The notes beneath the pieces were generated by a model. It did not search any database and had not been told where the DNA came from. It worked only from the letters and a program-made list of their open reading frames with translations. From Patescibacteria group bacterium (GTDB lineage Bacteria; Patescibacteriota; Patescibacteriia; 2-12-FULL-57-11), in NCBI GenBank assembly GCA_004297205.1, contig SCUL01000002.1, positions 594,893 through 658,892 of the forward strand: a stretch of 64,000 bases of DNA, in the 5' to 3' direction. Each line of letters starts with the position of its first letter. The stretch's first letter is position 1. Positions 28,681-35,994 of this stretch are shown here, in pieces. The position numbers and the translations under genes were made by a program.

Positions 28681-30198
28681 TCATTCCACGCGCATGCGGT
28701 ACTGGAGCGCTTCGGCGACATGCGCGGAGGCCACGCCGCCACTTCCCGAGAGATCGGCGATGGTACGGGCCACTTTGAGCACCCGGCTCCAGGCGCGCGC
28801 CGAGAGTTTGAGCCGTTCCACCGCCGCGGCGATCAGCCTCTTGCCGTCGGCGTCGAGCGCGCAGTGCAGCTTGGCCTGGCGCGAGGTCATTTCGCTGTTG
28901 GTGACGATGGGGGTGCCGACAAAGCGCGCGGTTTGGACGGCACGTGCCGCCTCGACCCGGGCACGGACCGCGGAGGACGGTTCGGCGTCCGTCTCAGCCG
29001 CGAGTTTTTCAATCGGCATGCGCGGCACCTCGACGTGCAGGTCGATGCGGTCGAGGAGCGGGCCGCTGACTTTGCGGCGGTAGCGGTCGACCATGGTAGC
29101 CGGACAATCGCAGCGACCCGAAGGGTCGCCGTGCCAGCCGCACGGACAGGGGTTTTGTGCGGCAACGAGCAGGAAGCGCGCCGGAAAACGCAACGTGCCG
29201 GCGGCCCGCGAAACGGTCACTGAACCGTCTTCGAGCGGTTGGCGCAGCGCTTCGAGCGCCGTGCGGTTGAATTCGGGGAATTCGTCGAGGAAGAGCACGC
29301 CGCGATGGGCGAGCGAGACTTCTCCGGGCCGGGGCGTGCTGCCGCCGCCCACGAGTGCCGCGCCGCTCGCGGTGTGGTGCGGCGAGCGGAACGGGCGACG
29401 GGAGAGCAATGCGGCGTCCGGCGGCAGGGTGCCTGCAACGCCGTGGATCTGCGTCGCCTCGAGCGCCTCCGGCAGAGTGAAGGCCGGTAGGATGCCGGGG
29501 ATGGCGCGGGCCAACAGCGTTTTGCCTGAGCCGGGCGGGCCGGACAACAGGACGTTGTGGCCGCCGGCCGCGGCGATTTCGAGGGCGCGCTTGGCATGTT
29601 CCTGGCCGCGGATGTGCGCGAAGTCGTCTTCACCCGCATGATCAGGCGCATGCGGCACGGCTGCAGAGACCGTTGCCGGGGGGATGGGCGTCTTCCCGGT
29701 CAGATGCGCGGCCAGGCTGCGCAAATCACGTACCGGAATCACGGCGGGTCCGGCCACCAACGCCGCCTGGCCGGCATTCGCTTCAGGAACGAAAAGGGTT
29801 TTGATGCCGGCCGTGGCGGCGAGCCGCGCGATCGCCAATGCGCCGGGCACCGGCCGGACCATGCCGTCGAGCGCAAGCTCGCCGACGAACAGGGCCGGTT
29901 CGCGGGCGGCCGGCAGCACGCCGGCGGATTCCAGGAGCGCCACGGCGATCGGCACGTCGAACCCCGGCCCCTCCTTTTTGAGGTCGGCCGGGGCGAGATT
30001 CACGGTCAGCCGGGTGCGCGGAAAGCCCAAGTCGGCATTCCTGAGCGCCGCCCGGACGCGTTCCCGGGATTCCTGAACCGAGGCGTCCGGAAGTCCGACC
30101 ACCGTGAAGTTCGGCAGTCCTTGCGCAATATCGGCTTCGACTTCGACGAGCGCTGCGTCCACGCCAACCAGCGCGGCGGAGAGAATGCGGGAGGACAT
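28681..30198 (-). CDS. comM: YifB/ComM Mg-chelatase-like AAA+ ATPase
   Basis: VGLPDASVQESRERV, NLAPADLKKEG, GPPGSGKT, RSPHHTAS, LFLDEFPEF, LLDRID. Confidence 0.93.
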   Translation of the reverse strand: MSSRILSAALVGVDAALVEVEADIAQGLPNFTVVGLPDASVQESRERVRAALRNADLGFPRTRLTVNLAPADLKKEGPGFDVPIAVALLESAGVLPAAREPALFVGELALDGMVRPVPGALAIARLAATAGIKTLFVPEANAGQAALVAGPAVIPVRDLRSLAAHLTGKTPIPPATVSAAVPHAPDHAGEDDFAHIRGQEHAKRALEIAAAGGHNVLLSGPPGSGKTLLARAIPGILPAFTLPEALEATQIHGVAGTLPPDAALLSRRPFRSPHHTASGAALVGGGSTPRPGEVSLAHRGVLFLDEFPEFNRTALEALRQPLEDGSVTVSRAAGTLRFPARFLLVAAQNPCPCGWHGDPSGRCDCPATMVDRYRRKVSGPLLDRIDLHVEVPRMPIEKLAAETDAEPSSAVRARVEAARAVQTARFVGTPIVTNSEMTSRQAKLHCALDADGKRLIAAAVERLKLSARAWSRVLKVARTIADLSGSGGVASAHVAEALQYRMRVE

Positions 30199-30294
30199 GC
30201 AGGAAGCGTACCGCAGACCGCGCGTCGTCGGTTTTGTCAAGACCCGCAGCCTCCGCCGGCCTCATGTATACTGTAAACGAGTCATTCATCTCTT

Positions 30295-30411
30295 ATGGCC
30301 ACCATGCGCAATGAATTCTCGAACGGCGTCATGGCTGCGATCCTGATCGTGGTGTCGGTCATTGCCGTTCTCGAGGCGATCGCCATCGGCATCCTGGTCG
30401 GCGCCGGCTAG
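30295..30411 (+). CDS. Small single-TM peptide (38 aa)
   Basis: Manual translation MATMRNEFSNGVMAAILIVVSVIAVLEAIAIGILVGAG*; TATACT upstream. Confidence 0.45.
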   Translation: MATMRNEFSNGVMAAILIVVSVIAVLEAIAIGILVGAG

Positions 30412-30472
30412 AAGGCCGCAGCAGCGGGTTTGCTTATCTGCTACACTGATCCCGTCATTCCCCCTTTCACCT

Positions 30473-31228
30473 ATGCGCGCTTCACCGCTTATCGCCACGT
30501 TGCTCGGTCTCACGCTTTTGGGCGCCGGATGTGCCGCTCCGGCCGCACCGGGGGCCTCCGGTGGAGCCTCCGGGTCTGGCTCCGTCGCCACCCGCGGCGG
30601 CGGTGCCTGCGACAACGCGTACTTTCCCTCCGCACAGGGGACGAAGCTGGAATATGCCACGGCGGTCTCCGGGAGCAGCGGCAGCTACAGCATCGAGGTG
30701 CAGGAACGTTCTGCAACGAACCTGAAGCTGCTCTACACCTTTTCGACCACGGCTTCCGGCGGCGGTTCGCTGTCCTTCACGCAGGACGTCCGCTGTGACG
30801 ACGGCGCGCTCTCCGCATTGAGCTATGCCGACATCGGCAGCGCGGTCACGGGCGGTCGGGTGAGCGCCAGGACCACGCGCTCCAGCGGTCTGCTCATGCC
30901 GCGCGACATCAGCGTGGGCACGACGTGGACCTCGAGTTTCGACATCGAAGCCACGATCACCCTGCCGGGAACGTTGGGGTCGCGGACGGTCAGCAGCACC
31001 ATCAACAATGAAAGCCGCGTGGTTGGCCAGGAAAGCGTGACCGTGCCCGCGGGCACCTACCAGGCGTTCAAAGTCGAGTCGACGCTGACCACGCAGAGCG
31101 GGCCGATCAGCGGCATCGCCATTCCGCCGCAGACCGTGGTATCGACGAGCTGGTTCGTGGAAGGACTCGGCATGGTGAAATCGGTGGCCGGAGGGATGAG
31201 CACGCAACTCGTGCGCGTGACGCAATAA
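30473..31228 (+). CDS. Putative lipoprotein (DUF3108-like beta-rich domain)
   Basis: Lipobox LLGAGC; ESVTVPAGTYQAFKV, WFVEGLGMVKS. Confidence 0.75.
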   Translation: MRASPLIATLLGLTLLGAGCAAPAAPGASGGASGSGSVATRGGGACDNAYFPSAQGTKLEYATAVSGSSGSYSIEVQERSATNLKLLYTFSTTASGGGSLSFTQDVRCDDGALSALSYADIGSAVTGGRVSARTTRSSGLLMPRDISVGTTWTSSFDIEATITLPGTLGSRTVSSTINNESRVVGQESVTVPAGTYQAFKVESTLTTQSGPISGIAIPPQTVVSTSWFVEGLGMVKSVAGGMSTQLVRVTQ

Positions 31229-31272
31229 GCGTCCATGTGAAACACCCCCGCCGAGGCGGGGGTGTTTTTGTT

Positions 31273-31860
31273 TCAGGTCCGGCCGGCGCAGGTGTCGGGG
31301 TTCCAGAGCCCTTTTTCTGACAGGCGGGCGGCGCGTTCGGCATCGCGGAGGATTTCCTGGTATCTGCCGGCGCGTTCGTAGGTGTATTCATGGGCGTAGC
31401 CCTCGGCGACGAGCCTTAAGTTCACATGCGTACCGTCCTCGAGGAACACATGGCGCAGGAGGCGGCCGTAGCGGTCGCGGTCATCCTGGGTCGGGTCGGC
31501 TTCGAGTCGCACCGTTTTGCCGAGCAGCAGCCCCTTGGCAAAGGCCGAGGCCTCTTTGCCGAAACATTCCACGGGCCGGCGCGGATCAACGGACTCCGGC
31601 GTGTTGATGCCGAGCAGACGGATGCGGACTTCTTCGCCTGAGGCAATGACGTCGATGGTGTCGCCGTCAACGACCTTGGAGACGGTCCAAGGAGTGCCGG
31701 TTGCGGCGTCAGCACCGGAGATCGCCACCGGAGCGGCCTCCCTGGGCGCGCGCAGGGCGTCCGGCAGCGTCAGGCTGAGGATAAGGACCGCGATGATGAC
31801 GGCCGCACCCTGGAGTGTCCGAAGGCGGCGCAGCAGGGAGTGGTGGGCGTCGTGAGGCAT
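31273..31860 (-). CDS. Thermonuclease (SNase) family secreted nuclease
   Basis: VVDGDTI, IRLLGINTPE, DRYGRLL, LVAEGYA, KGLW. Confidence 0.92.
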   Translation of the reverse strand: MPHDAHHSLLRRLRTLQGAAVIIAVLILSLTLPDALRAPREAAPVAISGADAATGTPWTVSKVVDGDTIDVIASGEEVRIRLLGINTPESVDPRRPVECFGKEASAFAKGLLLGKTVRLEADPTQDDRDRYGRLLRHVFLEDGTHVNLRLVAEGYAHEYTYERAGRYQEILRDAERAARLSEKGLWNPDTCAGRT

Positions 31861-31866
31861 AGCGTC

Positions 31867-32295
31867 TCAGGCGGACGGCGCAGCCGGTTCCGATGTGGGG
31901 CGAAGCAGAAAAAGAAGCAGTCCTGCCACGATCATGCCGTCCGCCAGGTTCACGAGCGACCACGGGCCGATGCGGATGTAGTCGAACGTGACGCCGAAGA
32001 AGACGCGGTCGATGGCATTCGAGAGTCCGCCGGCGGCCACCAGCAAGGCGCCCAGGTTGCCGCGGCGCACACCGAGCGCGCCAAAACCCAGTGCCAACGC
32101 CAGCGATCCCAAGGTCAGCACCAGACCGGGCACGGGGATGCCAAAGGCGATGCCGGGATTTTGGAACGGCTCGAACCCCAGCAGGCCGGGAACCAAGAAC
32201 ACCCCCTGGCTGGGCAGGAGGTGCTGGGAGTACCACTTGAGCGCCTGATCGACGCCGATCAGGACGATCGGGAGGATGTACGCGCTGCGGCGCAT
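31867..32295 (-). CDS. lspA: Lipoprotein signal peptidase
   Basis: DQALK, NPGIAFG, GGLSNAIDR, DYI, NLAD. Confidence 0.9.
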   Translation of the reverse strand: MRRSAYILPIVLIGVDQALKWYSQHLLPSQGVFLVPGLLGFEPFQNPGIAFGIPVPGLVLTLGSLALALGFGALGVRRGNLGALLVAAGGLSNAIDRVFFGVTFDYIRIGPWSLVNLADGMIVAGLLLFLLRPTSEPAAPSA

Positions 32296-32667
32296 TTATG
32301 CTTCTTGCGTGAGCCGTTTCTTGCACTCAATGCAGGCGGAGGAGGTCGGACGGGCCAGGAGCCGCTTGGCGTCGATTTCCTTACCGCAGTATTTGCAGAC
32401 GCCGTAGGTTCCCTTGGTGATGCGCTCCAGGGTCTTTTTGACGTCGCGCAGCGCCGCTTCGAGGGTCCGCTCCAGGGTCAGATTGGTGGAGTAGGTTTCG
32501 ACTTCCGCGGCATTCTCATCTTCTTTGTCGCCAATCTGCGGGAACTCAGCGTTGAAATCGTCCTTGTTCTTTGGATTACGGTGCGTGAAGGCAGCGAGCT
32601 GGCCTTCCAGCTGCACCTTTTCCGCTTCCAGCTTGGTTTCGATCTCTTTTAGGGTCTTTTTGTCCAT
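32296..32667 (-). CDS. TraR/DksA C4-type zinc-finger protein
   Basis: GTYGVCKYCGKEI...RLLARP...CIEC. Confidence 0.9.
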   Translation of the reverse strand: MDKKTLKEIETKLEAEKVQLEGQLAAFTHRNPKNKDDFNAEFPQIGDKEDENAAEVETYSTNLTLERTLEAALRDVKKTLERITKGTYGVCKYCGKEIDAKRLLARPTSSACIECKKRLTQEA

Positions 32668-32724
32668 AAGGGGTGGCACAAAGCCGGAAACACCCGGATT
32701 CCCCAAAGAATACCGTGTTATCGG

Positions 32725-33102
32725 AAAAAAAAGAAGAGGCGCAGATAGTTGGCCATACATAGAAATGGATGTGCCTCACTGCGCCTCGCGGCGCTGCGCC
32801 GGGGATGACTCCCCGGGGCCAGGGATCCATGTATTGGATCTCTCGCCTAGGGGAGTAATACCACAAGCATTGCAGTGCCAGGTCCATCTCCTCAACCGCC
32901 CTGAGGGCTGTTCGACCCCTCGACCCACGCGTAACCGTGAAGTCATAGTGAGGGGAAGCCACTCAACAGTTTCCTTTTCTTTTTGTTTCAAAGGGAACGG
33001 GAGAGCAGTAGAGGAGAGAGAAATACGCCCCTCCGGACGAGGAACATCTCTCTACAGGACCGCTATCGCTTTCAAGGAACGATGGTACCTTTCTGAGGGT
33101 AC
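32725..33102 (-). ncRNA. Putative ~370-nt structured ncRNA or attenuator leader
   Basis: Promoter at 33109-33137, serial hairpins with G-U pairs on - strand, ends in 9-bp stem GAGGCGCAG/CTGCGCCTC plus U-tract. Confidence 0.5.
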
Positions 33103-33108
33103 GAACAC

Positions 33109-33137
33109 ATAGTATCAAAAAAGTGTTCGATTGTCAA
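33109..33137 (-). promoter_or_regulatory. Near-consensus sigma70 promoter overlapped by an inverted repeat
   Basis: TTGACA-17 nt-TACTAT; CGAACAC-N14-GTGTTCG inverted repeat at 33102-33129. Confidence 0.75.
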
Positions 33138-33210
33138 CTCTGCTGGGTTGAGACAAAAAGGTGCCAAATGAGGCACGAACATCACGTTTCAACACCAGTT
33201 CTCAATACAA

Positions 33211-33274
33211 TGTGGATAAGTCTGTGGATGAAGTGGCAAAATTGGGGATAAGACCGTGGAAAAAATGTGGTTAC
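33211..33274. promoter_or_regulatory. DnaA-box cluster
   Basis: TGTGGATAA (perfect), TGTGGATGA, TGGGGATAA, CGTGGAAAA, TGTGGTTAC, all in the same orientation. Confidence 0.65.
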
Positions 33275-34098
33275 CCAAGGATTCCGCAGAAATTTCGATA
33301 TGTATCGGTGATTCCATCGATGGGGATGGAGGATCGGGGTCGCGGAGCGACGAGTGGCAGGACAAACCCTGGCATGGGAGCGCGGAAGGTCTTCCAGCGG
33401 CTTTCAAGGCGGACTGGAACCGCCGCCGGAACCCCGTTCAGGCAGAAGCTGCGCCCGGCAGGGAAGCGTGCCGAGATCTGGACCAGCCACTCCACCGGAA
33501 AGGTGGTGATTTCGAGATTTTCATTGTCTTCCCGGAGGGCGAGGGGGAGCGACGAGGTGGCACTCCCGAACAAGAGCCAATCCGTGCCGGGAACGCGGCT
33601 GAGCTGGGCTTCGGCTGCCTCCGGGTCGGCAACAAGCTCGTAGGCGCGCCGACCATCCGGGAGCTCGTAGGCGACCTCCTGAGGAAAAGCCCGCCCCAAA
33701 GAAGGCAGAAGGGCCTTCCGGCTCTGGCCGCTGAGCGTCAGGACGAACTGGGCGGTGCCGCTCACGTGCGGTCCGTACATCGTCAACCTGCCGCCGTGCT
33801 CAGCCTTCAGGGCGGCGGCCAGTTCAGGGTGATGGCTGGCGAAGACCCGGACGGAGCCGGCCTCCGCCGGAAACAACGGCTCCAGGATGTCTGCGGCGTT
33901 CAGGAGCGTCGCCCCAGGCGGAAGCGTGACGGCGACGCGGGCGCCGCCCGTGAATTCATCCGTGGGAGAGGCGGGAACGGGCAAAAAGGCGAGTCCGACA
34001 CCGATCGCTGCCAGGCCGATTCCTGCTGCCACGGACAGCGTCAGCATGAAGCGCCGGGATTCGTCCGTGAAGGGGAATTGGGCCAAAAACGCCTGCAT
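33271..34098 (-). CDS. Hypothetical membrane-anchored protein
   Basis: Long ORF with N-terminal TM helix. Confidence 0.6.
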   Translation of the reverse strand: MQAFLAQFPFTDESRRFMLTLSVAAGIGLAAIGVGLAFLPVPASPTDEFTGGARVAVTLPPGATLLNAADILEPLFPAEAGSVRVFASHHPELAAALKAEHGGRLTMYGPHVSGTAQFVLTLSGQSRKALLPSLGRAFPQEVAYELPDGRRAYELVADPEAAEAQLSRVPGTDWLLFGSATSSLPLALREDNENLEITTFPVEWLVQISARFPAGRSFCLNGVPAAVPVRLESRWKTFRAPMPGFVLPLVAPRPRSSIPIDGITDTYRNFCGILG

Positions 34099-34178
34099 AT
34101 GGCCCGTAGTGTACGTTCCGGCCGGGTCCCGGGCAATCATCACAAAAAGAAGACCGGGGACGTTTCCGTCACCCGGCG

Positions 34179-34652
34179 TCAGCGCTCGTCGTCCGCCCAG
34201 AACTTCCAGCGATACACGTTGGTGTCCCGCAGCTCGCCCTTGAGCTTGTCGCGATAGACGTGATTGGCTCGCGCGCGGTTCGCGCCACGTCCGCTGGTTA
34301 GCTCCACGAAGGAGAGACCCAGGTTACGCCCCTGCTCGATCAGCCGCTCGACGAGTGTCGTGCCGACGCCGTGTCCCTCATGGCTCGGCAACACCGCGAC
34401 GCCGTCGATAGAGCCGTAACTCTCATAGGGCGTGGTCACCAGGTTCATGGTCGCCATGCCGATGATCGGCGAGCAGCTCTCCTGGCTGATATCCCTGGCC
34501 ACGATCAGCTGGGCGCGGTACATCACCGTGATCAACCTGTCCCGGCTCGTTCGGACATTGCGCTTCGTCAGCGCGGCGATGAGGGCGTTGATGCAGGGCA
34601 GGTCGCCTTCCTGGAGGTCCTGCTGGCCGCGCATCAATTGGTATTCGATCAC
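34179..34652 (-). CDS. GNAT family N-acetyltransferase
   Basis: IDGVAVLPSHEGHGVGTTL, VELTS...ANHVY; GTG start with GGAGGAG SD. Confidence 0.88.
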   Translation of the reverse strand: MIEYQLMRGQQDLQEGDLPCINALIAALTKRNVRTSRDRLITVMYRAQLIVARDISQESCSPIIGMATMNLVTTPYESYGSIDGVAVLPSHEGHGVGTTLVERLIEQGRNLGLSFVELTSGRGANRARANHVYRDKLKGELRDTNVYRWKFWADDER

Positions 34653-34746
34653 AACTCCTCCCGTGGCAGGTTTCTACGGCATCCTGCACTCCGTGTCAAC
34701 CGTCGACCGGCGCATCTTTTCGTGGTCTTATGGCGCTGGAGGAGTC

Positions 34747-34944
34747 ATGTCCAAGACGTCGTCGATCGGTAGGAGTTGGGGATCGATCCTGAACTCCGCA
34801 ATGAACAGGGTGGCGCTCGTCCTGCTTCTGAGTTTCATGCTCGTGTTCGCGCTGCTGTTCACCGCAGCCCTGGCCATCGGTTCCGCCTGGGAGCTGACGG
34901 GAGGAAATCTCCTCCGCCGCTTCCGCCCCGCCCGCGCGCAGTAA
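34747..34944 (+). CDS. Small membrane protein
   Basis: GGAGGAG SD, one long hydrophobic helix. Confidence 0.6.
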   Translation: MSKTSSIGRSWGSILNSAMNRVALVLLLSFMLVFALLFTAALAIGSAWELTGGNLLRRFRPARAQ

Positions 34945-35443
34945 CGCTGCTCGCGGCTCTTTTTTATCTTTCGTAGGTATGTTTAGATGCTTGTGGAGGT
35001 GAGCATGGTCTACGTTTTCTGGTTCCTCTACTTCCTCGTTGTCGGCGCATCTTTCGGCTACTGCACCGCCCAGACCTATCGCTATGAGAGGATCAACGGC
35101 TGGTGGCTCTTCGCTTCAGTCATCGTTCCCTCCGCGATAACCCTACAATGTCCCCTCGACTTGTCAGGCCTGAAGGTCGATGCCGCGGTGCTGACCAGTC
35201 AATCGGCCCTGTTCATCGGTGTCCTGGCGGCCATCATTGGTGTGAGGGGAGAATGGTTGCTCCTGAACCATCCGCAGGTGCTGACGTCGATCGTGGTTGC
35301 AGAGAGTTACCGAACGACGAGCAGAAGTTACCCGACGCAGTCGCTGGCGGCGCATCTCCGTCGCGCCGCCTACGAGCGTTTCCCCGTCCTGTTCAAGGAC
35401 GCAGCCCGCGTGCAGTAACGCTGCTCGCGGCTCTTTTTTATCT
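34930..35443 (+). repeat. 40-bp direct repeat (34930-34969 and 35404-35443) covering the stop codons and terminators of two unrelated genes
   Basis: GCCCGCGYGCAGTAACGCTGCTCGCGGCTCTTTTTTATCT, 39/40 identical. Confidence 0.9.
35005..35418 (+). CDS. Hypothetical multi-TM membrane protein
   Basis: GGAGGTG SD, about three hydrophobic segments. Confidence 0.65.
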   Translation: MVYVFWFLYFLVVGASFGYCTAQTYRYERINGWWLFASVIVPSAITLQCPLDLSGLKVDAAVLTSQSALFIGVLAAIIGVRGEWLLLNHPQVLTSIVVAESYRTTSRSYPTQSLAAHLRRAAYERFPVLFKDAARVQ

Positions 35444-35506
35444 CCGAGGGTCTTGACAAGCGCTCCCGCCTGTGACGGAGCCGTGCCGGTGATACACTTA
35501 CTGCGT

Positions 35507-35749
35507 ATGAAATCCGACTCGCAAAAACTGGATCAACTCATCCTGACCGTGGTTGAGATGCGGGAATACATGCACACGGAGCTGGCCACCAAACAAGAAG
35601 TCTGTGAACTTCGACAAGAAATGCTCACGAATTTCGACCAGCAAGGCGTCATGTTGCAGCGGCTCGATCACGAGTTCGTGGCTTTGAGAGGAAACTCGGA
35701 TCGACGGCTGACCCGCGTCGAAAAACATCTCGGTTTTTCCGACATCTAA
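35507..35749 (+). CDS. Small coiled-coil protein
   Basis: LATKQEV...RLTRVEKHLG heptad pattern; TACACT 8 nt upstream. Confidence 0.65.
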   Translation: MKSDSQKLDQLILTVVEMREYMHTELATKQEVCELRQEMLTNFDQQGVMLQRLDHEFVALRGNSDRRLTRVEKHLGFSDI

Positions 35750-35787
35750 AACACCCCCGCCGGGGCGGGGGTGTTTCTTGACGTGGC

Positions 35788-35985
35788 TTATCGCCACAAA
35801 GAAAACAGAAGCCAAAGGAGGATCATGACGCCCATCAAGACGGCGAATCGGACAGAGGTCCGACTGCCACGTCGGGCAACCTCGATTCCTTCAGCCTGTT
35901 TCTCCCGTGCGAGCGCATACTGCTCGCCCAGTTTTTTTATCTCATCACGAATCTCCTGCAGCAACGTGATGGCGCGCTCATCCAT
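35788..35985 (-). CDS. Small C-terminally anchored membrane protein
   Basis: Coiled N-terminus plus C-terminal TM helix, directly after pnp. Confidence 0.55.
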   Translation of the reverse strand: MDERAITLLQEIRDEIKKLGEQYALAREKQAEGIEVARRGSRTSVRFAVLMGVMILLWLLFSLWR

Positions 35986-35994
35986 ATGTTTCTG

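Noticed and set aside
31228-31244. Possible fifth parS (GCGTCCATGTGAAACA)
   Set aside because: Only one half matches and it overlaps a terminator
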